DNA of 64,000 nucleotides from the human T2T-CHM13v2.0 reference genome, Homo sapiens: NCBI GenBank assembly GCA_009914755.4, contig CP086569.2, positions 22,496,001 to 22,560,000 of the forward strand, read 5' to 3'. Shown piece by piece: positions 43,156 to 56,710 of this stretch (position 1 is its first letter; each line of letters starts with the position of its first letter). The notes under the pieces were generated by a model. It saw only the letters and a program-made list of their open reading frames with translations, ran no database searches and was not told where the DNA came from. The position numbers and the translations under genes were made by a program.

Positions 43156-44763
43156 CACACATATATGAATGAAGATGTGTATTAAAAGTTATTGACTTGC
43201 GGCCGATATTATATTTCTGATGCACAGATTATTTCCGTATATATACTTCTCCATACATATAGCTTCTTTAAAGAAAGAAGTATGCAATATAAAATATTGC
43301 TAAATTTGTTTTATACTTAGTCACTCACGTGTCAATATATGAAGATCCATTTGTTTTGTAGCTTGCAGTTCAATGTGCTCCAACATATGCAGTCCACCAC
43401 TAAGATGGATTGATGTGTAAGTTGTATTCAGTTTTACACAGAGAAGCATTTACAGTTCTTACAGTGATTTTTAAATACACCATCTCAACGACTTCATCTC
43501 ACAATAAAACTGTGAATATAGACAAAGCAATTTTCACTATTTGCTGAAGAAGAAAGCAGAAATGTATGTGAAGATTATAGTTTTTATGAGTCAGAAAAAT
43601 AATTTTAAATGAAGTGCTCAATTAAAACAGAAAATTCTAATGTTTTATTTATGTAAAGTTCTGATGACAGTGTTTTGAATACACTTACAGTGCACAAGTT
43701 TTTTATAACTAAATTAATGATTAAAGCTGTCTGCGTTTAACACATGAAAATTTAATATTATACCAGCTTACATGATTCTAAGAAAATGGTTACAGAAGCA
43801 ATGTCTTTAAAAATGTTTGCTTAACAAGTCTGTAGTAAAGGGCCTGTATAGTGGCTCAAGTTGCTGATGTAAAAGTTTAAAGTACTCTTTCAAAATTGCT
43901 GTCTTAACCTGATAGAATGAATTTACCCAGACTGATTAAGAGAACAATGGACAGAATCATTATTTTTGTAGCATAAGCATTTTTTTTCTTATCTCATCTT
44001 GTGAATCACTCAGTGTGCAGGAGTATCTGTCCCCTGTTGGGCCCTACCCACTAAAAGGATTTGTGGGATTCAAGCTGGTACTACCTGTCACATTAATTCT
44101 GTGATCTAGCAACTATACATAATCACCCTTGTCACAAACAATATTTCTGTAATTGAAAACACAGGTAGTGATACAAACAATTATTGTTCAAAGATGAGAA
44201 ACAAAATGTGAGGTAAATATTAATTATTTTAAAAATATTCTGATAGCAGATACTGTTGTTCATTCTGAGATTACTGTGTTTTCACAAGATTTTGTCAGAA
44301 CTGCATTTGATGATACGGCTAGAATGTCTGCAATACCATCACTGGCATGTTTATCACTCTCATCTAACAACTTGACAATATAGTTGATAATATTTATCAC
44401 TTTTTTGTTTATTTTCAAAGCACAGTTGATATAATCACGTATGTATGACACGGTAAATGCAATTCAGTATGTGAAGAATTAGAAATCTTTATTTTTAATA
44501 ATCATACTCATCTTTTTTTAAGTATTCTGTTTTTTTTTTTAAACTTTTATCCCATCTGTGTTAAATAAGTTGTGCTTATTTTTAGGATTCTATGTATATT
44601 TTTCTAAAATTAGGGATTTTTCTGCTACAGAAAAAAATTTGTTTTTCTAATAATGCTACGTAGACCTGTTAGCAACATTATATAACAATTACAATTAGGC
44701 TGCTAAAAGTATAAAAGCATTTGGTTAAAAATAAAAAATATCTGTTGAAAATAAAGCAGCATG

Positions 44764-45070
44764 CCAGGTGCGGTGGCTCCCGCCTGTAATCCCAGCACTT
44801 TGGGAGGCCGAGGCGGGCGGATCACGAGGTCAGGAGATTGAGACCATCCTAGGTAACAGAGTGAAACTCAATCTGTACTAAAAAAAAATACAAAAAAAAA
44901 AAAAAAAATTAGCTGGGTGTGGTGATGGGCTCCGGTAGTCCCAGCTACTCAGGAGGCTGAGGCAAGAGAATGGTGTGAACCTGGGAGGCGGAGCTTGCAT
45001 TGAGCCAAGATTACGCCACTGCACTTTAGAATGGGCAACAGAGCAAGACTTCATCTCAAAAAAATAAATA
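44764..45070 (+). mobile_element. Alu
   Basis: 'gccaggtgcggtggctcccgcctgtaatcccagcactttgggaggccgaggcgggcggatcacgaggtcaggagattgagaccatcc...'. Confidence 0.9.
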
Positions 45071-47419
45071 AATTAAGTAAATAAGTACATAAATAAAAAT
45101 AAAGCAGCAAAAAGTCACTTTTTAATGGCAGATCACATTTTTAAGATATAGCTATTAAATAGGTGAATATAGAAAACTTGAATTTTGGAAATGTTTATAC
45201 TCAAGTTGTTTACCATTCATTTATATTTTTCTATAGACATTGATAGAAATTAAATAGAGAAATTTGAATAATTAAACTGTAGTAAATGATTCTTAAATTT
45301 CTACATTTCTTTCCCTCAGTGGTTAGAAATAGTTTGTCTTTCAAATAACATCTCAGCACTTTTCATTTATGAAGACTATAAAAAACACTGCCTTACTAGA
45401 TTGAATAGATTACACCACGCAGCAATTACAACCTGGGAAGCATTCCTTTTACTAGAATCTCCATATGGGATGTTCGTTAATACTTGGTTAACAGAAACTA
45501 TTGGACAAAAAAGTAGAATGTAAGTCCTGATACTGAAGCCCCTTTTGCCCCTCTGGTTCTGAATTTAAAATAGATAGAGATTGCTAATTATACTGACAAG
45601 AAGTGAACAAGGCAGATAGAGTATAAAATTCAAATTAAGTCCCCTACCTTTGTGCTTGGTTGGTTGCTTTTGCTTTATGTTGTCTCAGCACTTTACTGTG
45701 GCATGCGTGTCTGCCTAGTTGCTTTTTCTGTGGGATGAACTTCCTCAGGCTATGAACTGGATATTGTTTATTTCTGTATCAGAAACCTCAGAAGAGCAAA
45801 GCATATAGAAACATGTTAGATATCTGTAAAACAACTATATTTTGCTCTGTAGCTACAAGAAAATTATGACCTTTGGAGCTTCTGTGTATACTCTTGTTTA
45901 TTCCACAACTACTCTTAAGAGCTGTATTTATTGAGTGGTAGTAACTCTAAATACATCACATAAATTACATCATATAATCTGCAAAAATGCATTATTCTCA
46001 CAAGAAGACACTGAATTCTTGGAGAACGAAGTAACTTATTCCTCATAAGTTATTTATGAGAGACCACTGATTAGACTTTAATCTTTAATGAATTGCAGGT
46101 TATAATTGCTATTATTCTATTGTTTCTAATGATAACTTTTCTGTGAACTCTTTATGATGGTCCATCTGTGAAATAAGTACTAATACTAAATATTAAAACC
46201 AATAAGTTTTTTGAAAATAGTATTAAAAAATGCATATAATTTTATTAACCAAATGTTGGTGTTTATTTCAACTTCTTTCATTATACATTTAATGTTAGAT
46301 TAGTGCATCACTAATGTCTTCTGGTCTCTAGAGATCTCCGAGATGATGTGTTTAGATATCATTATAAATTTGAAGAGAAACCAGCATTAAACAAGACAGA
46401 AGATAGGAAAGCGTACAATATTGATCTCCTAAGACAATTTCAGGTCATCTTTTACATTTAGCTGCTTTCTGACTACAATAATGTACCCAGAAGTTTTTGG
46501 AAACAGTTTATGTAAATTATGGGTAAGATATGATAAAGTCATCTGTACACTAACTAAAATGTTTAAATATATCTTAAAATACATAATTTATTAGGCGTTT
46601 AATATTTAAACAATAGTAATATTCTAGCTGTTTCTCTTGGTCATTTTTATTAGTATTATCCCAACTGAAAGAGGTTAAAATTTTCACAGCAAAGACAGAC
46701 AGTATATTTTTTATATCTCATGATATAATTAACTTCTTATTATTAGATTTATAAATTATATATAAGCAAAATACTGAAATGTAGTCATCTCATTGATTTA
46801 ACAGTTCTCTAATAAAGCAAATGCCAAGTATATTGTTTTATTTGTATAGATATTTTAATGCATCTCTAAAGTTTAAATTTAAAAAGATGGCCATGGTGCT
46901 GTTATCACACATAATAAAAACGATTTTATAAGCTTGGGCAACGTGGCAAAACACTGTCTCTAAAAAAAATACAAGAATTATTCTGCTGTGGTGGTATGAG
47001 CCTGTAGTCTCAAGTACTTGGGAAGATAACATGCCATTTTATTCACTACCTGTTGGCATTTGTTTAAACTTCCTTTATCATACTTTTAAAGTTAGACTAG
47101 TGTATCAGTTATGCCTTTTAGCTTCTAGAGTAATATTAACGCTTGATATTATGTATAATAATCATCTCAAAGATCAACATTACTCATCATCAAATAAATG
47201 TTTTTATTATCAAATGAACATTTTTATCACTGACAGGAAACTACCTCTTCCTAGCCATGTAAGAAAAAGAAATAATATACTTATATATAAATATACAACA
47301 TATAACTTTATATAATATACATTTTTTTGCAAGCTTGTAAAGTAATCATATAGTTTTTGAGCCACTTACAAAAGTGACCAGTAACATTTGGTCCTTTTTT
47401 ACATTTGAAAAAGCCCATT

Positions 47420-47680
47420 TAGGCAGGCACTGTCACTCACACTGGTAGTCTTGGCACTTTGTGAAGCCAAGGTAGGCAGATTACTGGATTATAGGAGTTC
47501 ATACCCAGTCTGGGCAACATGGTGATATCCTGTCTCTATTAAGATGCAAAAAATTAGCTGAGTGTAATGGTCTGCATCAGTAGTCCCAGCTACCTGGGAC
47601 AATGAGGGGAAAACATTGCCTGAGCTGTGATTGTGCTGCTGCACTTCATCCTGAGCAATGAAGAGAAGTCGCCCCCCGAC
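47420..47680 (+). mobile_element. Old Alu (AluJ-like)
   Basis: 'ggcaggcactgtcactcacactggtagtcttggcactttgtgaagccaaggtaggcagattactgg...gtagtcccagctacctgggacaatgagggg'. Diverged. Confidence 0.7.
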
Positions 47681-48600
47681 CCCCAACGCACAGCTTCATA
47701 ACATCTTGATTTTGTTTTCTTTGTTTCACTCATTTTATCAAGGCCTAATTTGTGGCACATATGATAATAAACACTGTCACACAACTTTTAATCATATACT
47801 GTAGTATATAGCTCTTTCTAGTTTGTAAAAAAAAAAAGCTGCACTCCCTCATAAGAGTTTAGTGTTCTTTCAAAAAAGTGCTTACTAAATAGATCAGAGG
47901 TAGGAAGCAAAAGAGATATTCTGATTTCTGGGCTGCCTTCTGTTTCACTCACAGCCCCTCCTCTTCCATTTATTAGCGTATCACTTAGACTTCTTTTAAA
48001 AGTCTGTATCACACCTATAATGCACTGACTCTCCATTATATCTCTCAGTTTAATTTTCTAGATTCCATAGCCAAACTGTAAGCCTAGGTTATAAGTATAA
48101 TTTGCATATATAGTTCTTATTTACCTATTTTAGTTCTACAGCCTCACATGTGACTTCCTCTTCTTTTCAAATATGTTAACAATTTATTTTTATCAGCGTT
48201 CTCTACTTGAAACATTTTTTTCTGCAATCTAGGCCACGTTCTGTTCTTGTTCTTTCAAATTATTATAACACTTTGAGTTTAGTCTTCAAAATTTTACTCA
48301 AGTATTTATGTGTGTGTGCATCTATGTGTGATCATTTGGAACAGTTTGGCACCAGGGACTGTTTTTGTGAAGGACAATTTTTTAAGACTGTGGTTGCAGG
48401 GACAGTTTGGGGAAGACTCAAGTGCCCTACATCTATTATGCACTTTATTTATATTATTATTACATTATAATATTTAATTAAATAATTATACAACTCACCA
48501 TCATGTAGAATCAGTAGGAGCCCTGAACTTACTATCCTGCAGCTAGATGGTTCTATCTGGAGGTGATAGGAGACGGTTACGGGTCATAAGGCTTTAGATT

Positions 48601-48914
<314 letters not shown>

Positions 48915-50117
48915 CTAGATTCTTATAAAGAGTGCAAAACCTAGGTTTCTCACGTGCACAGTAAATAGTAGTGTTTAGCTTCTATAAAAATCTAATTGAT
49001 GCCAAGGATCTTATAGAAAGTGGAGTTCAGGCGGTAAGGTGAACCATAGGTAATGCTTTAAATAGAGATAAAGCTTCCGTGCTTGCCCACCAATCACCTG
49101 CTGATGTGTGACCCAGTTCCTAACAGGACAGAGATGGGTACTGCTTGGTGACCCCTACCTTAAGCTAAGGAGTTTGAGATCACAGTGAACTATAATTGTG
49201 CCACTGCACTCTAGCCTGGGTAACAAAAAACAAATAAACAAACAAATAAACTGTCTATACAGGGAAAATAATGTAAAGAATACATTTTTAAAATTTGTTT
49301 CTTTAATAATATCTTTTGGTAAAATGTGAGGAATCATTTACAACTTTGAATGTGGACATTAACAAACACAAAAATCTTCTTGATTATTTGGAACAGTATA
49401 TGAAATGAAGGTGCAAATGTATATTATTGTAAAATGTGATATAAAGTATATTTTGTTCAGTTTTGAAAAAAATAATGATGTCATTGAACAGAATCAGAAG
49501 ACATTAGAGTTGTTTGTGCTTATCCTCAAAATTAACATCTGCTTTTTCTTTACTGTTTTTCTCTTTACTGTTTTAGTGGTATCAGAGAGGTAATCAAGAT
49601 GATAACGGGTTTAAAGGGAAAGAATATTGACAAAATACAGTGACTGACTAGAAAAAAATCAGCCTTATTAGGTGAATAATTTTAGATATAAAAGGATCTC
49701 AAAGATTGTTTTCATCTCTAAAATAAATTGCAATTTAGTGATTGAATCATGAGGAGTTAATAGAATAAAACTTTTTTTTCTACTGTAGATACCTCAGAAG
49801 TAAAAAAGTTTAAGTTAATGTGGTTACAACAGATTTTAACACCCGCTTGTAGTTTCACAAACAGATTTTAATCTCTAGGCCTAACCAGCTGATTTTATCT
49901 CTGCACAAATTGATTGGGAGATGAAATGGTAAAATGTCTTTCAAGATGTTATATGTTAAGTAACACATATGTCTTTCTTCACTTTCATAACTTCTCACCT
50001 CCAAGCTTTCTGCATTGTTTTGAATTTAGCTGCCATTTAGATTGTAGTTTGTTTATAAAGTCATCCTTCCTTCTATTCACACCTCTGAGACTTGGAACAG
50101 TTTATTTTTACCCTTTT

Positions 50118-50440
50118 TGCCACTTTTTTTTCCTTTCCCTTTCCCTTTCCCCCTCCCCTCCCCCTCCCCTCCCCTCCCCCCTCCCCTCCCCCCTCCCCTC
50201 CCCTCCCCCCTCCCCTCCCCCCTCCCCTCCCCTCCCCTCCCCCCTCCCCTCCCCTCCCCTCCCCTCCCCCTCCCCTCCCCCCTCCCCTCCCCTCCCCCCT
50301 CCCCTCCCCCCTCCCCTCCCCCCTCCCCTCCCCCCTCCCCTCCCCCCTCCCCTCCCCTCCCCTCCCCCCTCCCCTCCCCCTCCCCTCCCCCCTCCCCTCC
50401 CCCCTCCCCTCCCCTTCCCTTCCCTTTTCCCTTTCCTTGT
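50118..50440 (+). repeat. Long (CCCCT)n / (CCCCCCT)n polypyrimidine microsatellite, ~320 bp
   Basis: 'ccctcccctcccctcccccctcccctcccccctcccctcccc...' continuous from ~50118 to 50440. Directly abuts the tail end of the following minus-strand Alu. Confidence 0.95.
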
Positions 50441-50443
50441 CCC

Positions 50444-51012
<569 letters not shown>

Positions 51013-51677
51013 GACAGTCAGGATTAAATTTATTAATATGTGTGCAGCTCTTAGTGTATTACCTGGTCTTTAAGTGCTATAAATATTAGCTGCTATTATT
51101 ATTGCTTATCATATATCTTCAGTTTACTCACACCAAATTCTAATTAATAGCATAAAAGAAAGCATTAGAGGAATAAAACAGATAGTTGTGACTATATGGA
51201 ACCACATAGCCATCAGGGTCTGTGTCAGTAATGTTTTCCAATTTGCAACACGTAAGTGACCTTTTACATCCACAGGTTCTGAAAACACAGATTTCTCTAA
51301 ACATGTATTAAAATGTCCAAAAACAAAAAATAACAATACAATAAAAACTAGCAAATTTAAAAGCAATTACCGTATAATTGTCTACATAATATTTACATTT
51401 TATTATTTATTTAGAGATGAGTAAACTATACAGAAGGATGTGTGTACGTTATATTTACGTACTGCACCACTGTTCACTAGAAACTTGAGCAGACACAAAT
51501 TATAGTAATCATGGGGATCCTGTAGCCAATCCCCTACAGATGCCAAAGGATTACTATATATAAACATTTTAAGCTTTGGTAAGTAAGCATTGCTTAAGTT
51601 AGTTATGACATAATTACCCTGCTGGTGTTAATTATCATTTACTCATCTATATAAACAAGTTGAGAAAGACTATAATT

Positions 51678-51960
51678 TTTTTTGAGATGGAGTCTTGCTC
51701 TGTTGCCCAGGCTGCAGTGCAGTGGCACAATTTCAGCTCACTGAAACCTCTGGCTCTCAGGTTCTAGCAATTCTGCCTCAGCCTCCTGAGTAACTAGGAT
51801 TACACGTAGGCACAACCATACCCTGCAATTTTTTTTTTTTTTCAGTTGTGACGGGGTTTCACCACATTGGCCAGGATGGCCTCAATCTCTTGACCTTGTG
51901 ATCTGCTGGCCTTAGCCTTCCAAATTACTGAGATTACCGGAGTGAGCCACCGCGCCCGGT
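51678..51960 (-). mobile_element. Alu (older)
   Basis: 'ttttttttgagatggagtcttgctctgttgcccaggctgcagtgcagtggcacaatttcagctcactgaaacc...gagccaccgcgcccgg'. Confidence 0.85.
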
Positions 51961-52261
51961 TCAAAAGATTATAAACTTTAAAATTCTCATTACATTGTTT
52001 TAATGTTTGCGCAGGTAACAAGATAATATTTGTTTATATTCTCTGTTTATGTTATGTTAACACAGGAAAGCACTTGCTATTTAAAATATTGCCTTTTGGT
52101 TTTGCGGCCAACTCAAACAATTTTAATATGTCTGGGAAAATGTACAATTACATTCAGTGATTATTTTTAATTTCTCTGGGACCTGGATATGGGACCTTAC
52201 ACAGTAGCAATGCTGATCAAGCAAGGAGTGGGAATTATTATTATTTTATTTATTTATTTAT

Positions 52262-52550
<289 letters not shown>

Positions 52551-53804
52551 TATTATTCTTGTATTATTCAAAGATGGTAGCCAGTGACTCAGATCACTGG
52601 TATAAATTTGATGTTGGAGATGTAACAGAATTGAAAATAGAAGATGATAAAGAAATTTAAAAAGTCAGTGTTTTGGTGGAGAGTACACAAATGTATTTGA
52701 TCACACGCTGAAGTGCATGTCATAGAGACGAGAGAAGAGATGGTGAAATGCTTGTGTACTTATTTTTAATAAGCAAATGGACATGATAGATGAAGGTGAT
52801 GAGATGGTAAGATATACATTATGACTAACTCTTACAATACCACATCACCTCATTATGTCACCAGCCATTGAGAGAAGTGTATAGAAACAAAATGTGAAAT
52901 TTATCCATAATGGAATAAAAGTACTTACATTAATGGTGTTTATTTAAATCCCGCTCAAGGTAAGCTTTTAGATTAGCTTCTTACTAATAAAAAATAATTT
53001 GTGTTTGGCTTGCGTGATTCCTTACAAAGCATCAACATGTGTTTAATTTTTTTCTTTAGGCTTCATTTACCTTTTCTTATGGAATCATTAGCCTTAATTT
53101 ATGTGAAAGAGTTCCTTTTTGGTTTAGTTATTTAAAGTGTAAAATGTAATATATCTGTACATTAGAATAGTGGTTCTTAATATATGGATATATAAAAGAG
53201 CATTATTTATAATAATAATTATTACTTTCTACTCAAGCACTAGTTTGCAGTATGGGTTAGTGAAGTGGTAAGTAAATCACTAAGAATTAGTGTTAACTAA
53301 CAAAAATTTTATTAAGAAAGTGCTTGAAAATACAAATGTTTTTGACTGTATATGTATTTTTATTTGAAGAGTAGAATTACTTTTCTGCCTAAAGCACAAT
53401 AAATTACTATGATTAGTACACAAATTGCTGGTATATTCCACATTACCACTGGATTTCACACCAAAAAAAAAGTTTGTTGTCCTTCTGGTGACTTGTACAT
53501 GGCTTTGCATTTCATTCGTAGAGTTCTTACAATTGGTTTGGTTCTCTATTATACTGCTTTACATTTTCCTAACCATAAAAATATTATTTCAAATTTTAAA
53601 TACACAATAAACATTTTTGTAGTAATTGTGAGAGAATTCTTAGTAAACTTAAAAATCTCTAATCTAAATGTGCATTTATTATTTAAAAATTGGCTCACAC
53701 ACCAATAAATTTGTATCACACCATGTTCTACTTTATCATTACATAAGAAGCTTTATCTCTACCAGATAAAATTTTAACTTATAGTTAAAAATGTAGATCA
53801 TTTT

Positions 53805-54250
53805 TAGACCAGGTTTTGTGGCTTATATTTGTAATTCCAAAAATAGTAAAGGCCAAGGCAAAAATAACCTTGAGGGCAGGTGTTTGTAACCTGGTTTGGC
53901 AAAATAATGAAGCACCATCTCTACAAAAAGTTTTTAAAAATTAGCTAGATATGGTGGCTCACACCAGTGATCTTAGCACTATATGATGCCGAGGTGGATG
54001 GATTACCTTAAGCCTAGAGTTTGAGGCCAGCCTCAGCAACATTGCAAAATTCTGTCTCTAACAAAAAAATTAAAATAAATAAACAAATTAAATAATTAGC
54101 TGAGCCTACTGTCCTCTTCCTATAGACCCAGCTCATTGGGAGGCTAAGGCAGCAGGAAAACATGAGCCCATAATTTAGAAGCTGCAGTTAGCTATAATTG
54201 CACCACTGCATTCATTCCAGCTGTAGCAATAGAGACTTTGTCTCTTAAAA
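53805..54250 (+). mobile_element. Old Alu-family elements (FLAM/AluJ-like), probably two adjacent
   Basis: 'ggtggctcacaccagtgatcttagcactatatgatgccgaggtggatggattaccttaagcctagagtttgaggccagcctcagcaacattgcaaaattctgtctc...cccagctcattgggaggctaaggcagcagg...'. Very diverged. Confidence 0.55.
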
Positions 54251-54469
54251 CAATTAAAATTACTGTAGTCTTAGCTTAGCAATAATTATAAAAGTATAGA
54301 GTACATTATAACTTGATTTAACAACTCTTTCAGCATTATGTTAAAATATGTTAATAAAATGTTACTGAACTAGAAAAAGGTTGATAAGAATTTTCAGAGA
54401 CCTGCACACAATTGTATTTGATTTACATCTTTGACTTGACTGTGAAATTAAAGTCACAGAGCTTTATCA

Positions 54470-55285
54470 GTCAATCTGATATTTGTACTGTCTTAGTCCA
54501 TTTTCAAGCTAAAGACATATGCTAGACTGGACAATTTATAAAAGAAAGAGAGGTTTAAGGAACTGACAGTTCCACATGACTGGGGAGGCCTCAGAATCAC
54601 GATAGAAGGAAAAGAGGAGCAATTAACGTCTTACACAGTTGGCAGCAGGCAAAGAGAGAGCTTCTGCAAGGAAACTGATGTTTCAAGCATCAGATATAAT
54701 GAGACTTACTCACTGTCACAAGAACAGCACAAAAAAATCTGCCTCCATGATTCAATTACCCCCCATCTCATTCCTCCCACCACATGTAAAAATTCAACTG
54801 GGGTGGGGACACAGTCAAACCATATCATTCCAACCCTGGCCCCTCCCAAATCTCATTTCCTCACATTTCAAAACCAGTCATGCTTTTCCAATAGTCCTGC
54901 AATGCCTCAACTCACTTCAGCACTAACTCAATAGTCAAAGTCCAATATCTCATCTGAGACAAGGCAGGTTCTTTCTCCCTATGAGCCTGTAAAATTGATA
55001 GCAAGTTAGTTACTTCTTAGATATAGTAGGGTACAGGCATTGGAAAAGTACAGCCATTCCAAATGTGAGAAGCTGACTGGAATAAAGGGGCTACAGCCCC
55101 CATGAAAGTCTAAAATCCAAGGAGGCAGTACAATTTAAAGCTTCAGAATGATCTTCAAGAGCTGGGTTCCCATGGTCTTGTGCACCTGCACCCATGAGGC
55201 TTTGCAGGGTACAGCCTTCCTCCCAACTGTTTCCACCAGCTGGCATTGAGTATCTGTGGCTTCTCCAGGCACAAAATTCAAGCTG
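54470..55285 (-). mobile_element. MaLR (THE1/MST-type) LTR-retrotransposon fragment
   Basis: '...tgagacttactcactgtcacaagaacagcac...ctccatgattcaattaccccccatctcattcctcccaccacatgtaaaaattcaactggggtggggacacagtcaaaccatatca' is the reverse complement of the THE1/MST LTR consensus start (TGATATGGTTTGGCTGTGTCCCCACCC...). Confidence 0.7.
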
Positions 55286-55289
55286 TCAG

Positions 55290-56710
55290 TGGATCTACTA
55301 TTCTGGGGTCTGGAAGATGGAGGCCCTCCTGTGTCCAGAATTGGTGGGTTCTTGGTCTCACTGACTTCAAGAATGAAGCTGCGGACCCTCGCGATGAGTG
55401 TTACAGTTCTTAAAGTCGGCGTGTCCGGAGTTTGTTCCTTCTGATGTTCAGATGTGTTCGGAGTTTCTTATTTCTGGTGGGTTCATGGTCTTGCTGGCTC
55501 AGGAGTGAAGCTGCAGACCTTTGCGGTGAGTGTTACAGCTCTTAAGGCGACATGTCTGGAGTTGTTTGTTCCTCCCTGTGGGCTCGTGGGCTCGCTGGCT
55601 TCAGGAGTGAAGCTGCAGGCCTTTGCGGTGAGTGTTACAGCTCATATAGGCAGTGTGGACCAAAAGAGTGAGCAGTAGGAAGACTTATTGCAAAGAGCGA
55701 AAGAACAAACCTTCCACAGCGTGGAACCCGAGCCGGTTGCCACTGCTGGCGAGGGCAGCCTGCTTTTATTCTCTTATCTGGCCCCACCCACATCCTGCTG
55801 ATTGGTAGAGCCGAGGGGTGTGTTTTGACAGGGTGCTGATTGGTGAGTTTACAATCCCAGAGCTAGACGCAAAGGTTCTCCACATCCCCACCAGATTAGC
55901 TAGATACTGAGTGTCCACACAAAGGTGCTCCAAGTCCCCACCAGAGTAGCTAGATACAGAGTGTCGATTGGTGCATTCACAAACCCTGAGCTAGACACAG
56001 GGTGCTGATTGGTGTATTTACAATCCCTGAGCTACACATAAAGGTTCTCCACGTCCCCACCAGACTCAGGAGCCCAGCTGGCTTCACCCAGTGGATCCCG
56101 CACCGGGGCTGCAGGTGGAGCTGCCTGCCAGTCCCGCGCCGTGCGCCCGCACTCCTCATCCCTTGGGTGGTCAATAGGACTGGGTGCCCTGGAGCAGGGG
56201 GCGGCGCTCATCGGTGAGGCTGGGGCCGCACAGGAGCCCAGGGAGGGGGTAGGAGGCTCAGGCATGGCGGGCTGCAGGTCCCGAGCCCTGCCCCGCGGCA
56301 AGGCAGCTAAGGCCGGGCGAGAAATCGAACGCAGCGCCCGTGGGCTGGCACTGCTGGGGGACCCAATACACCCTCCGCAGCCGCTGGCTCGGGTGCTAAT
56401 CCCCTCATTGCCCAGGGCGGCAGGGCGGGCCGGCTGCTCTGAGTGTGGGGCCCGCCAAGCCCACGCCCACCCGGAACTCCAGCTGGCCCGCAAGCGCCGC
56501 GCGCAGCCCCGGTTCCCGCTGGCGCCTCTCCCTGCACACCCCCCTGCAAGCTGAGGGAGCCGGCTCCGGCCTTGGCCAGCCCAGAATGGGGCTCCCACAG
56601 TGCAGCGGGGGCTGAAGGGCTCCTCAAGTGCCGCCAAAGTGGGAGCCCAGGCAGAGGAGGCGCCGAGAGCGAGCGAGGGCTGTGAGGACTGCCGGCACGC
56701 TGTCACCTCT
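55290..56710 (+). mobile_element. LTR12-type (HERV9 family) solo LTR with CpG-rich 3' half
   Basis: 'ggtgggttcttggtctcactgacttcaagaatgaagctgcggaccctcgcgatgagtgttacagttcttaaag...' then tandem U3 subrepeats containing 'gtgctgattggtg...tttacaatccctgagctagacac' (CCAAT-box-bearing), then a very GC/CpG-rich segment '...cccgcaccggggctgcaggtggagctgcctgccagtcccgcgccgtgcgcccgc...', ending '...gctgtcacctctcact'. Matches my memory of LTR12C. Confidence 0.8.
55800..56080 (+). promoter_or_regulatory. LTR12 U3 tandem subrepeats with multiple ATTGG/CCAAT (NF-Y-type) boxes
   Basis: Repeated 'gctgattggt(g/a)' motifs at ~55790, 55830, 55960, 56000, each followed by 'ttacaatccc(a/t)gagctagacac'. Confidence 0.5.

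Noticed and set aside
56032-56706. 224-aa and 137-aa ORFs (Ala/Pro/Arg/Gly-rich) on both strands
   Set aside because: They lie wholly within the GC/CpG-rich part of the LTR12 LTR. Long open frames there are expected from base composition, and there is no protein similarity.
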